Source: Candidatus Iainarchaeum sp. (GTDB lineage Archaea > Iainarchaeota > Iainarchaeia > Iainarchaeales > JAAZKV01). Taken from it: a stretch of DNA of 44,494 bases. The translations under genes were made by a program, and so were the position numbers. Positions 29,154-39,354 of the stretch are shown piece after piece. The notes beneath the pieces were generated by a model that was not told where the DNA came from, ran no database searches, and saw only the letters and a program-made list of their open reading frames with translations. How positions within the stretch are numbered: the first letter of the stretch is position 1; the number at the start of each line of letters is the position of its first letter. The stretch spans positions 1 to 44,494 of the forward strand of contig JAQVNZ010000003.1 of the NCBI GenBank assembly GCA_028702895.1. The letters are read 5' to 3'.

Positions 29154-32100
29154 TTATCTTGCCCCGCTAACTTGTTTTGAAGGTGTGCTTGATTGTGCTT
29201 TAGTAATATTAACATAATCCTTTATATTTATTATTCCAAATTGTGTTCCCATTCCATAAACGGTGGTGCTTTTATTTAATCTTAAATTAATTATTCCGCT
29301 TTTATCTGGATTTGATTGCGTGGTGTTTCCTAAATATTTTGCCATTATAAAATTTCCTTGTACCCAAGCATTTACATTTGTATTTGTTGTTACAACATCC
29401 ATTTTTACATTATCAAAATTTTTAGGCATTAAAGATAATGCGCGATTTAAATCATAAATTATAAAATTAATATTTGTTTTTGGAATAATACTAAAATTAC
29501 CAATAGGGATACTTGTAGTTGTATTTGTTGCGGAAGTTAGGTCTATTGATTGCGTTAATTTAATATATTTTATCAGAGGCATAATTGCTATAATTAAATT
29601 ATTTGTGTCTTGGTTTCCTATTAGGCTAAGTTCTATGCTTTGAACTTTTTTATTAGTGCCAATTGCAGTATTTGGTATATAAAAAGTAGTATAATATGCT
29701 GTACCATCATCAGCTTGAATTTCATCTTCAGATCCGTTTGTACAATGTCCTGTTCCTGCTCCACATTTAAACGGATTAATTGTGGAATTACGAGTTAATT
29801 CATTCAAAGAAACTATTTTGTTAGTTCCTCCAACAAAATTTAATTTTATTGAACCATTTAATTTTGCACCAATGCCATATTGAGTTTGTCCAATATCACT
29901 AATTTTAATTTGTATTCTATCTGTATTCCAATCATTTCCCATAGCTGTAATAAATTGGTTAGCCTTTAAATCAACTGTCATATTATAATCACAAAATGTG
30001 CCTTGGTCTTGATCTGCACAATTTGTTTTTTTAGTTTCTAAAATTCCTTTATCAATAATATTCATTCCCCAAATTGTTTCTTCTAAAGTTCTTAGCGTTT
30101 GAGTAGAATAAGTTAATCCTCCAACTAAAAACGTAACTCCAAAAGAAATTGGTGTATTGTGTGATCCTTGGTTAGGCATTTCTAAAGTGTATCCCATTGA
30201 ATCTAAAGTCGCACTAGGGTAAGTATAGTCATTAAGTGGATCTTGACAATAATTTGTTATTGTAAAATCAGCTTTATTGTTTTCATTAAGATTAAACCAA
30301 CTAGAAGAAATTTCAAAGCATTCTTTATTATTTGATAAGTCAACTATAAATTCATCAGCATTAACAAAATTTCCTCTACTATCAGAAAATTTTGCTTGAA
30401 CATAAACTGGGTAGTGGCCTAATCTATCAGTAAAATTTGGATATGCTTCTGGATTATAATCAACATTTTTTCCAGTTATTATAATAATCTTTTCAGCATT
30501 AGGTGCAAGAACAAAACCTTGATTATAATTACATGATTGTTCATCAGTTTTCATGTTGCAGTCTAAACTAGTATTTATTCTAAAGTTAATTGCTTTAGGA
30601 CAATTATTTTGAACTATTAATTCTGTTGTGTCTCCCCATTGCATCATATTATTTCGCAAACCGCCTTTTTGTATTATGTCTACGCATGCAAGTGCTGGAT
30701 CATTAGAATGGTGGTATCTAGCATATTCTGTTTTTGTTACTGAAACATATTGCTGTGCATCTATCTTTGGTGTAACAGTTACATGTAAACAATCGCCCAG
30801 GTAGTATGTTCCTTCAAGTTTAGTTTCAAATTGATTATCTACTATTTTTTGAACATCGTTATTTGGTTGAGTATTAAAATTAATTATTTCTTCAATTTCA
30901 TCGTCGCAATTTCTATCTACTTTAATTTCCACTGCGCTTATGTGCGGTGTATTTGAACCAGAATAAATTTTTCCAGAATATGTTTGATTATTAACAAATG
31001 CTAAGAATTCTGAATCAAGGGTAATAAATTTACCTTGTGTATTAATATTTATTACATCAACAAGTCTTTGTGAAACATTATTAGAATCCTTAAATTCTAA
31101 AACAATTACTAATTGGTTACTTGAATTTAATTGAGTAGATGCAATACGCGCATTAAAAGTAATATTTTCTTTTGAATTTAAATTAAAATCGCTTCCTAGA
31201 ATTGCATTAATATTACCGTCAATACGTAAGGTTCCTTTTGCCTCAACATCGTTAAGTTTGAAATCATTTCTTCCACCAAGCTCATATGAAAATAATTTAA
31301 TATTTCCATCAGTAATTTTTTCATAACTCCCATTAAATAATTTGATAGAAATGGCTTCTTCTTTTGCACTGTCCATATTAATTGTGGTAGTTGGGTCATC
31401 AAATCTTAAATTTATTTTTGGGTTATTTCCTATTGTAATTTCTCCTGAAACAAGGTCTCCAAAATATTGGTCTATTGGAAGAGTTATTTTATTTAATGGG
31501 GTTTCAGATATCGCATTATTATTTTCTTGTAATGCTCTAAATTGCATTATAAAATCATTATTGTCAATAGATTTAATGATTTTTTGTTTATTATAAAACT
31601 GATATGTTTGAACTGGTAAATTTATTTTATTCCATTCAAAACCAGTTCTAATCTTTGTTGAACCATTACAATTGATAGTAGTGGGGAAATAATAATTGTT
31701 AGCATCTCGTATAAAATTTTTATCTAGATTATTTAAATCACAAGAAAAAGATTCCATTTTTAATGAAATATTTTCGGGTAATAAACGCGAATCAATATTT
31801 GTTATTTTTGCTTGTGCAATTTTAGTCATTGAAAGAAGGTCGGTGCAAGAAATGTTTTTCTTGTTTATTACAGTTCTAAAAGAAGTCCAATATTCTTTAT
31901 TATTATCAATATAATTAATATTGTTTAACGCTCCTGTTCCTCTAAGCATTTCCTCGTGATTGGAATAAATATTATCATAAAATATGCTTATTGCGCCATC
32001 TGGGCTGTGGGGGAAATTTGGAGGATAACAAATAAAAACATTGTTTAATCGTCCCCATTCGCCTTCACATTCATCGCCACAAATTAATTTATTATCTTTG

Positions 32101-34583
32101 TCCCAACCATATAATCCATTTGGACAAAGGGGTTCGCTATTACAAATACAAAATAAAATATCAACATTATTTTTTTTACCAATGTTTTGTAAACCGCATG
32201 GTTGTAAACAATCTTTGGGCGCGATGCATAAAACATTTCCATCGTTATCAAATTTGTAAGTATTTGTTGTGCATGTTGGTAAATTAAAATCATAACAAAT
32301 GGAATAAGTTCCTTTGTTTATTAGTGTTCCAATATTACACGAATCAACACATTCTAAATTTCCAATTGCATTAAACGCATATATTTTACTATCACAATTT
32401 ACTGGTAATTCAACACAAACTTTTTTACTATTATCATTCATTATACAATTTTCACCGATACTACAATCCGAATCAATTTCGCATTCATTTGTTGTTTTGT
32501 AAATTTTAGCACAAGTATATTCTCCATTTTTATTTAATATATATTCTTCATCATAATCACAATCTTCATTAGTATCTACATATGTAAAACTTTTTGTTAA
32601 TTCTACATTAAACAAATTAATTCCTTGGTAAAGACTATCTTTTTCAATAATAATATTGTTTGAAGAATATGCATTCAAATCTATTGTAATATAATATTTT
32701 TTATCAATTCCCACATAGTCACTTAAAAATTGGTTTTCAGAAAAACCCATATTTTTTATGAAACTTAATGTGTTGTCAGTATTAATTTCAAAAAGTTTTA
32801 CTGTTGCAATGTTTTGATTAGATATTGTTTTTTTTGTATCCCAGTCTTTTAAAATCACGGCTATTTTTGAAACATTTGTATTAAAATGAAAATTAAATTC
32901 ATGTGTTTTTTCAGCTTTTATAGTATTCTTATCACTAATTAAAAAAATGTTTTTGTAAAATGCACTAGAAAAGAAATTTCCTGGTTCAAGTTCAGTATAA
33001 TAACTCATTCCTGTGCTGTTAGTATCTTTTGAATCTATACTACCAAAAAATTTAATGTCCTCAAAAGTAATTTCATTATATATTTTTGTATTTATTCCAG
33101 CTATTAACGCATTACTTTCGCCCACACTTGTTTTTATTAAAATATTTGCACTATTTTGCGGAGTTGCTTTTGTAATAGTTATTATTTCATAAGTGTTATC
33201 CAAAGGTACAATGTTTGGTACAAATAATTTTGTGTGATAACCTGGTTTTTTTATTATTCCAAGCACTTTTTTGCTATCTAAATCATTAAACGATTTTACT
33301 TCTAATAAACCATTAGAATCAGTTCTATTTGAAACATTATTTATGGGAGGAATTAGTGAACCATCTGAATTAAAATTCGTTTGAGTGTTGCCATCTTTTC
33401 TAGTTCGATAAAAATTTACTTCGGCCATTGAAACTGGGCCATTTGTATCAACAATTTTAACAAATACTTTTCGTTTTAATTCTTCTGGAATTAATTCTAA
33501 TTCAAGATTTAACGCAGTTTCTTTTTTAGATTCTATTTTAATATTAATATTTTTGTCAGATGTAATAGGATAATAATTTGAATCATTAATTTGAATATTG
33601 TAAGTTCCCTCGTCAAGTTCTATTGTTGCAATACCATTGCTTAACGTAGTTGCACTTTGTGTTTTTCCATTTCCTAAAAAGTTAATAAGAATTCCTTGAA
33701 GTTTAATTGTTCCATTACTTCCTTTTTTAGTAACTGATATTCTCGCGCCTCCTTTCTCTTTTACTAATGTCTTCTCTAATTCAATATTTGTGATTAATTC
33801 TCTTGGGATATTTGTTGAAGTTGAATTCTTAATATATCCATTAGCTCCAGCTTCTTTAACAACAAAATCACAATTATCTTCGCTTAAAAAGAATATTCCG
33901 TCAATTGCTCCGTCTGAATCATCTTTTACTGTTTTTAATGTTATTGATTTATTACTACACTCAAATTTTACGTATGCAGTATTATCTTTAATTGGTAAAT
34001 TAGTTTCTAAATCCGCTAATTTTACTTTTGCCCAAACTGAATTAACTGATGAGGTTTCACTTGGAATAGGTTCTAATAAAATAGTTTTTTCTTGAACTCC
34101 TGTGGCCAGTTCGGAATTTTGATTTTTATACCCTACTTTTTTAGCTGTAATATTGCCTGTAAATTCTTCTTTTGCTCCAAAAAGCATGTCTGAAAAAATC
34201 GCATAAATATTTTTTTGGGAACTATTAATAGTGGTTAAAGCAGTTCCGTTTTGAGTAGTTAAAACATCAATATCTTGTTTATTTAGTATTCCTTGTATGA
34301 CAACGCCATTTAACGTTGCGTTTGTAGTTGAATCATAAACTTTAAAAGTAAGATCAAGTGGAGAAGTGAATTGTATTAAATAAAATATTAAAATAAAAAT
34401 TAATAATGCTGTTAGTAAAAAAAGTATAAAACTAGGCATTACGTCATCAATAGGATCAATTACTTTGTAAACTGGTATTTTTGGATCGATTTTATCTAAT
34501 GTATTATACCATTTATCTTCAAAAAAATAATATGTATTTTTTATTTTTTGGATAATATTGTCGAAAAAATTGTTATTTGCCAT
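29154..34583 (-). CDS. Giant N-terminally anchored surface protein (about 1800 aa) with carboxypeptidase-regulatory-like beta-sandwich repeats and a Cys-rich insert
   Basis: N-terminal EDKWYNTLDKID..IPVYKVIDPID then a TM helix; repeated units like VYDSTTNATLNGV, LADLETNLPI, IVDTNGPVSMAEV, TNSTGMSYYTELEPGNF; ATG 34583. Confidence 0.8.
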   Translation of the reverse strand: MANNNFFDNIIQKIKNTYYFFEDKWYNTLDKIDPKIPVYKVIDPIDDVMPSFILFLLTALLIFILIFYLIQFTSPLDLTFKVYDSTTNATLNGVVIQGILNKQDIDVLTTQNGTALTTINSSQKNIYAIFSDMLFGAKEEFTGNITAKKVGYKNQNSELATGVQEKTILLEPIPSETSSVNSVWAKVKLADLETNLPIKDNTAYVKFECSNKSITLKTVKDDSDGAIDGIFFLSEDNCDFVVKEAGANGYIKNSTSTNIPRELITNIELEKTLVKEKGGARISVTKKGSNGTIKLQGILINFLGNGKTQSATTLSNGIATIELDEGTYNIQINDSNYYPITSDKNINIKIESKKETALNLELELIPEELKRKVFVKIVDTNGPVSMAEVNFYRTRKDGNTQTNFNSDGSLIPPINNVSNRTDSNGLLEVKSFNDLDSKKVLGIIKKPGYHTKLFVPNIVPLDNTYEIITITKATPQNSANILIKTSVGESNALIAGINTKIYNEITFEDIKFFGSIDSKDTNSTGMSYYTELEPGNFFSSAFYKNIFLISDKNTIKAEKTHEFNFHFNTNVSKIAVILKDWDTKKTISNQNIATVKLFEINTDNTLSFIKNMGFSENQFLSDYVGIDKKYYITIDLNAYSSNNIIIEKDSLYQGINLFNVELTKSFTYVDTNEDCDYDEEYILNKNGEYTCAKIYKTTNECEIDSDCSIGENCIMNDNSKKVCVELPVNCDSKIYAFNAIGNLECVDSCNIGTLINKGTYSICYDFNLPTCTTNTYKFDNDGNVLCIAPKDCLQPCGLQNIGKKNNVDILFCICNSEPLCPNGLYGWDKDNKLICGDECEGEWGRLNNVFICYPPNFPHSPDGAISIFYDNIYSNHEEMLRGTGALNNINYIDNNKEYWTSFRTVINKKNISCTDLLSMTKIAQAKITNIDSRLLPENISLKMESFSCDLNNLDKNFIRDANNYYFPTTINCNGSTKIRTGFEWNKINLPVQTYQFYNKQKIIKSIDNNDFIMQFRALQENNNAISETPLNKITLPIDQYFGDLVSGEITIGNNPKINLRFDDPTTTINMDSAKEEAISIKLFNGSYEKITDGNIKLFSYELGGRNDFKLNDVEAKGTLRIDGNINAILGSDFNLNSKENITFNARIASTQLNSSNQLVIVLEFKDSNNVSQRLVDVININTQGKFITLDSEFLAFVNNQTYSGKIYSGSNTPHISAVEIKVDRNCDDEIEEIINFNTQPNNDVQKIVDNQFETKLEGTYYLGDCLHVTVTPKIDAQQYVSVTKTEYARYHHSNDPALACVDIIQKGGLRNNMMQWGDTTELIVQNNCPKAINFRINTSLDCNMKTDEQSCNYNQGFVLAPNAEKIIIITGKNVDYNPEAYPNFTDRLGHYPVYVQAKFSDSRGNFVNADEFIVDLSNNKECFEISSSWFNLNENNKADFTITNYCQDPLNDYTYPSATLDSMGYTLEMPNQGSHNTPISFGVTFLVGGLTYSTQTLRTLEETIWGMNIIDKGILETKKTNCADQDQGTFCDYNMTVDLKANQFITAMGNDWNTDRIQIKISDIGQTQYGIGAKLNGSIKLNFVGGTNKIVSLNELTRNSTINPFKCGAGTGHCTNGSEDEIQADDGTAYYTTFYIPNTAIGTNKKVQSIELSLIGNQDTNNLIIAIMPLIKYIKLTQSIDLTSATNTTTSIPIGNFSIIPKTNINFIIYDLNRALSLMPKNFDNVKMDVVTTNTNVNAWVQGNFIMAKYLGNTTQSNPDKSGIINLRLNKSTTVYGMGTQFGIINIKDYVNITKAQSSTPSKQVSGAR

Positions 34584-34720
34584 TAAACCACTAAAACTAA
34601 ATGAATAATTAAGCACTTTATTATTAATAAATCTTTTGAAAGTTATTATTTTTTTAAAATTATTTTATTTAAATTCAAACACTGTTTTTAATTGTTAACG
34701 TTTTGTTATTTTTGATTTTT

Positions 34721-36790
34721 TTAAATAATTTTTAATTGTTTTTTTAAATTTTCTGCAATAGTTTTTCCAAGGACACGTTCTATTTTTGGCAAATTATTTT
34801 TTACATCATTAATAGTTTTTATTTTATTATTAAACAATTTTCTCGCACGAACTCTTCCAATTCCTTTTAATTCAACTAATTGTAATAATTCTTCTCTAAT
34901 ACCATATTTTGCTCTCAAACCAATTTTTTTAGAAGATATAATATGCTGGTTTAATTCTAAAACTTTAGATAATTCTATTGTGGAATAAGATAGCCATTCA
35001 ATAATTCTGTTTTTTCCAAATAGGGTTCCAGGGGCCATTCCAAAATCTTCAAATAATTCTTGTTCTGAAAATTCATTAATCCACTTTTCTAATAATAGCG
35101 CAGAAAAAAAAGTATTTAATGAATCATTATCGAAAAATAAATCTTCTTTTTTAAATGGTAATTCATTAATTCTAGAATTAAATTCTTCTAAGATGTTTGA
35201 TTGAATTTTTTTAGGGACAGTTATTTTTGGATTAAATTCAAAACAATTTGCCCAAGTAAAAAGATAACTTAATTCACTAAAATTCTTTTTATTTTTTAAA
35301 GAATTAATTAATATAAATGCGCTTTTTGGGTCCAAAAATAAATCACTAACTCTTTTACCAATTTTAGTACAAGAAAAATAACTATTTTTTTTCTCTACAA
35401 AATTCATTTCAATTAATTCTTGAATAATATCAAAAATATTATCAAAAATTTCTAAAGCAGAATTATTTTGTTTAACAAATAAAGTTTTTTTAAAAAAATC
35501 CCAACAACTCTTATCATCAAAAATTTCGTTTGTTGCAATCAAACCAAGAACATGTGTTCTTAGAACAGATTCGCTACCTAATTTAGAACAAATTGGTTCA
35601 CTAATACCATTAATATATTTTTGAGCAAATAATTCTTTTTGATTTTCATTATTAGCAATAATAATACTTCTCCCTTCTAAAGAAAATTTGGGTCGCCCAC
35701 TTCTTCCTGCACATTGTTTGTATTCTCTAATCGGGATTAATTCCATTCCTCTTTGCCCATATCTATACATTGAAGGAATGATTACAAAATCTGCTGGAGT
35801 ATTTATTCCAGCGGATAAAGTAGTAGTTGAACAAATAACTTTTATTAATCCTTTTCTAAAATTAGTTTCAACAATTTCTTTTTGTTTTGAAAGTAATCCT
35901 GCGTGATGAAATGCAATACCATTTTTCAAACACTCTGCTAAATCGTGACATTGTTGTGTTGGTTGTTCTAAAACGTTTAATGCTATGTTGCTAATTTTGT
36001 TTAATTCAATTTTATTAATATTAAGATTTGATAATTCTTTAGAAATTTTTTTTGCTTGGCCTTCAGCTCGTTTTCTTGAATTTAAAAAAAATAAGAATTG
36101 TTTAGTTGAAATATTTTTTTCAACTAATTTTTCTAAATTAGTTTCTATTAATTCTTTATTATTATATTCTATTATATTATCTGAATAAATTCCTTCGATT
36201 AATTGTGTTGGACGAAAATCACTTTGTATTAGGTTAGCATCCATCCAATCAGATAATTCTTTTGCATTACTAATAGTAGCACTTAGCCCTAATACTATTA
36301 AATCTTTTTTTTGGTTTCGTAATTGGGTAATAGCAATTTCAAGTGTTGGTCCTCTGTCACTATCTAATTCATGTATTTCATCAATAATTAAACAACCAAC
36401 ATTTTCTAACCATTCTGCTTTGTGTCTAATTAAAGAAACTAATTTTTCGTAAGTGGTTAAGATAACATCAAATTTTTTTAAATAAGAACTATTAGAATCA
36501 ATGTCTCCTGTGGATAACGCGAATTTTATGTCTGGATATTTTTTTTTAAAATCAGTATAATGTTCGCTTGCAAGTGCTCTAAGTGGACAAGTATAAATTA
36601 CTTTTTGTTTTTTATTAAAAACATTTTCAAGCATAAATAATTCTGCGATAATCGTTTTTCCACTGGCGGTTGGTGAAGAAACAATTAAATTAGATTCAAA
36701 TCCTAATTCTAAACATTTTTTTTGAACTGGGTTAAATTCTTTAAATTTATTTTGTTCTAAAACAAATTCAGGAATTGTTTTATTATTCAT
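34721..36790 (-). CDS. hel308: Ski2-like DNA helicase Hel308/Hjm
   Basis: SPTASGKT, DEIH, GLSATISN, FHHAGL, QCAGRSGRP, C-terminal HhH (LKGIGRVRARKLF). Confidence 0.95.
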   Translation of the reverse strand: MNNKTIPEFVLEQNKFKEFNPVQKKCLELGFESNLIVSSPTASGKTIIAELFMLENVFNKKQKVIYTCPLRALASEHYTDFKKKYPDIKFALSTGDIDSNSSYLKKFDVILTTYEKLVSLIRHKAEWLENVGCLIIDEIHELDSDRGPTLEIAITQLRNQKKDLIVLGLSATISNAKELSDWMDANLIQSDFRPTQLIEGIYSDNIIEYNNKELIETNLEKLVEKNISTKQFLFFLNSRKRAEGQAKKISKELSNLNINKIELNKISNIALNVLEQPTQQCHDLAECLKNGIAFHHAGLLSKQKEIVETNFRKGLIKVICSTTTLSAGINTPADFVIIPSMYRYGQRGMELIPIREYKQCAGRSGRPKFSLEGRSIIIANNENQKELFAQKYINGISEPICSKLGSESVLRTHVLGLIATNEIFDDKSCWDFFKKTLFVKQNNSALEIFDNIFDIIQELIEMNFVEKKNSYFSCTKIGKRVSDLFLDPKSAFILINSLKNKKNFSELSYLFTWANCFEFNPKITVPKKIQSNILEEFNSRINELPFKKEDLFFDNDSLNTFFSALLLEKWINEFSEQELFEDFGMAPGTLFGKNRIIEWLSYSTIELSKVLELNQHIISSKKIGLRAKYGIREELLQLVELKGIGRVRARKLFNNKIKTINDVKNNLPKIERVLGKTIAENLKKQLKII

Positions 36791-37033
36791 ACAAAAAATT
36801 TGTTGAAAGAGTATAAATTATTTTGCTATGCTTAATACCAAGCAATTTTTTTAAATTTAATTTTTTTTATTTTTGTTTGTTTTTCTGGTTCGTTTTTTTA
36901 ATTTGCTTTAATAGGATTTAACTATTAAATTATGACTATTTGTTAAGTGCTTTAAAATGTGAATGTAAATCGGATTATGAAAAACAAGGCGATTTTTGGG
37001 TTAGTAAAAATTAGTTTTTTTTATTATAAATAA

Positions 37034-37663
37034 TTATTTAAAAAAAGTTAGATATATTAACATTGTTATGAAAATAAAAAATATTAGTGTTGTTACAATA
37101 ATTATTATTCCTCCAACAACTGCTAACATATCACTATCTTCTAAATATTCCTTAGTAGTTGGTTTTTCTGGAGTGGAAGTATAATTTTGGGTTACAAAAT
37201 TTGAACCGATTGTTAAGTCATCTTCAAAGGCTTCTTCTTTAAATATTGGAGTAATTTTTTCTGTTATGGGTTCTTTTATTATTTTTTCCATTTGGTCATC
37301 ATTTTTTTTAAATAACTCTAACTCTTTTTTAATTTTTGCAGATAGGGTGGGCTTATCTTTTAAATCAGATCCTTTTAAAAAAATAATTTTTAATTTTTTA
37401 TTCGAAAAATTATGTTTTTCTTCATCTGAAATAATAATTTCGTTTTTATTAAAATGATCTGCTCCTTCATAAAAACTAATATACACGTTTGGTTCAATTA
37501 TTAATAAATCAGCATTCCAAAAATTATGTTTTTTCTCAATAGGGTTGCTAAAGGATGTTGAATAATCATAATTCATGTTTTTTAAAACAGATTCAATAAT
37601 ATTTTTTTCTTTAATAGGTTTTTTAATAATTGCTTCTTTTTGTTTTTTATTTGTACTAACCAT
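37034..37663 (-). CDS. Hypothetical protein: degenerate DUF559/Vsr-like nuclease-fold domain with a C-terminal TM helix
   Basis: NADLLIIEPNVYISFYEGADH and KIIFLKGSDL resemble the DUF559 pattern; TM segment MLAVVGGIIIIVTTLIFFIFITMLIYLTFF. Confidence 0.45.
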   Translation of the reverse strand: MVSTNKKQKEAIIKKPIKEKNIIESVLKNMNYDYSTSFSNPIEKKHNFWNADLLIIEPNVYISFYEGADHFNKNEIIISDEEKHNFSNKKLKIIFLKGSDLKDKPTLSAKIKKELELFKKNDDQMEKIIKEPITEKITPIFKEEAFEDDLTIGSNFVTQNYTSTPEKPTTKEYLEDSDMLAVVGGIIIIVTTLIFFIFITMLIYLTFFK

Positions 37664-37741
37664 ACTATATAATATTGATTTTATATTTAAATACTTTACT
37701 TAAAAAAAAGTTTTTTAAAAATACTTTTCTTAAAAACAGTT

Positions 37742-38569
37742 TCAACTTATTTTTGAAAAATTAATTTTTTTTATAGAATCTCTAATTATTTCCTCGTCTT
37801 CTGGATTAGTTACTCCAAACCATTGAGCAGTAGTTGGAATTAATTTAACGCGTATTTTATTTTCTTTAATTAAATTAGATATTTCAACCGGTAAAAGACA
37901 TTCTTTTTTTCGATCTGTGAAATTATTTTTTTTAAAATTTAAAAGTTTTTCTTCTAATAAAGAAATAACCTTTTTGTTAAAACCAAAAAGATTCATGCTA
38001 ACTAATGATTGAGTATTCAAATTTTTTTCTGATAAATCATTTTTCTCTATATCAAAAATTTCATTTATGTTTGTTACAAAATTATTGGAATTAATTTCAA
38101 AAAGGCCTCGATTAGTTTTTCCTGTATCTGGAATAACTTTTCCTAATTCATATCCAATTGCAACACCCTCGTTAAAAGAGCAATCTTTAATAAAATCAAT
38201 TGCTTGTTTAAATGCAATCTCACCATATAAATCATCACCATTACAAACAACAAAATTATCTTTTATAAATTTTTTAGCACAAACTAATGCATCAGTAGTA
38301 CCCCAAGGTCTATCTCTATCTTTAATATCAAATTCTTGTAACGCATAATCAATGGGTATATTTTCAAAAGAATTGCCAAATTTTTCTTTAAACGGGATTT
38401 GAGTTTTACTTCCAACAACAAAAATAATTTTATTAAACCCTGCATTAATCGCGTGGTGCATTGATAATTCTATTAAAGTTTCGTTTTTCGGACCGACTAT
38501 TGCGAATTGTTTTATTTTTCCTCCAAAGCGAGAGGAAAGACCTGCAACCAAATAAATTATTGTACTCAT
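37742..38569 (-). CDS. Sugar-phosphate nucleotidyltransferase (NTP_transferase family)
   Basis: LVAGLSSRFGG..KQ, GPKNETLIE, RPWGT, VCNGDDLYG, WFGVTNPED. Confidence 0.9.
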   Translation of the reverse strand: MSTIIYLVAGLSSRFGGKIKQFAIVGPKNETLIELSMHHAINAGFNKIIFVVGSKTQIPFKEKFGNSFENIPIDYALQEFDIKDRDRPWGTTDALVCAKKFIKDNFVVCNGDDLYGEIAFKQAIDFIKDCSFNEGVAIGYELGKVIPDTGKTNRGLFEINSNNFVTNINEIFDIEKNDLSEKNLNTQSLVSMNLFGFNKKVISLLEEKLLNFKKNNFTDRKKECLLPVEISNLIKENKIRVKLIPTTAQWFGVTNPEDEEIIRDSIKKINFSKIS

Positions 38570-38682
38570 AGCCAAAAAAGTAATTAGTTGGAATGCTTAA
38601 ATATGTTTTGATTAAATTTTTTTTTGTGAAAAAATTATTATTCAAAAAATTATTTTTTTTCAATTTATGTTATGTGATGGGT

Positions 38683-38817
38683 TTAATTTATGTCTTGTAA
38701 ATATCTATTCAATAAAACTGACATGCTGTATTCGCTATCATCATCATAAATTCTTTTAGCAATTCCTTTTAATTTTTCAAAATTTTTTAAATCTAAATTA
38801 ATTTTAAACATTGGCAT
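38683..38817 (-). CDS. 44-aa ribbon-helix-helix-like protein
   Basis: Not in ORF track. MPMFKINLDLKNFEKLKGIAKRIYDDDSEYSMSVLLNRYLQDIN: alternating beta-strand, helix A, S-x-S capped helix B; SD AAGGAGATG 7 nt upstream. Confidence 0.65.
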   Translation of the reverse strand: MPMFKINLDLKNFEKLKGIAKRIYDDDSEYSMSVLLNRYLQDIN

Positions 38818-38883
38818 AATATAACATCTCCTTAACTTAATTTTATTATTTTATAATCTACTTTATTTTTTTGTAATAATTTT

Positions 38884-39099
38884 TTATTCTTTTATGAAAA
38901 CAAATTCAAACGCTTTTTGTAATGCGAGTATTGCTTTTGGCAAATCATTATCTCTTAGAGAATTTGTTTTTTTCCAATCTTCTCCCACTTTATAATTTCT
39001 CTCCATTGTAGTTGTGAAAAAATCATTTCCTTCTTTACTAGTATTTTTCCAAACAGCTACTTCTATTCCACCTATTTTTATTTTTTTTATTGGTTCCAT
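38884..39099 (-). CDS. Small PC4/Whirly-like putative ssDNA-binding protein (71 aa)
   Basis: IKIGGIEVAVWKN...FTTTMERNYK..EDWKKTNSLRDNDLPKAILALQKAFEF; SD AGGAGG. Confidence 0.6.
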   Translation of the reverse strand: MEPIKKIKIGGIEVAVWKNTSKEGNDFFTTTMERNYKVGEDWKKTNSLRDNDLPKAILALQKAFEFVFIKE

Positions 39100-39111
39100 T
39101 TATTATTCCTC

Positions 39112-39243
39112 CTAATATGCATTATTATCAATACAATTGTATTGTACAAAAACTTGTAATTTTTCCAAAAAACCTAGTTCATCGATACTTCTAAAAACTA
39201 TTTTTTGAGAACTATTTTTTTCGATTAATTTTTGAGAATTCAC
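39112..39243 (-). CDS. 43-aa hypothetical microprotein
   Basis: Not in ORF track. GTG start after SD AGGTGG; MNSQKLIEKNSSQKIVFRSIDELGFLEKLQVFVQYNCIDNNAY; its stop overlaps the SD of the next gene. Confidence 0.4.
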   Translation of the reverse strand: MNSQKLIEKNSSQKIVFRSIDELGFLEKLQVFVQYNCIDNNAY

Positions 39244-39244
39244 T

Positions 39245-39319
39245 TTACCACCTAACATATGAAAAATCTATTTTTCTTGGGCTTCCTTCTAAAAATCTTA
39301 AAATTCTTCTTTCAACCAT
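39245..39319 (-). CDS. 24-aa hypothetical microprotein
   Basis: Not in ORF track. SD AAGGAGATG 7 nt before ATG; MVERRILRFLEGSPRKIDFSYVRW; its 3' end contains the SD of the next ORF. Confidence 0.45.
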   Translation of the reverse strand: MVERRILRFLEGSPRKIDFSYVRW

Positions 39320-39354
39320 ATTATTTCATCTCCTTATTTTTTTGATTTTAAGGA

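Noticed and set aside
25007-34095. Many 60-130 aa ORFs within the large surface-protein operon
   Set aside because: Fully nested in long, coherent minus-strand genes; no independent signals.
36791-37033. Possible small RNA or ORF in the spacer upstream of hel308
   Set aside because: Only a 5-bp hairpin (TGCTT/AAGCA) and very short ORFs without SD; consistent with promoter/terminator sequence.
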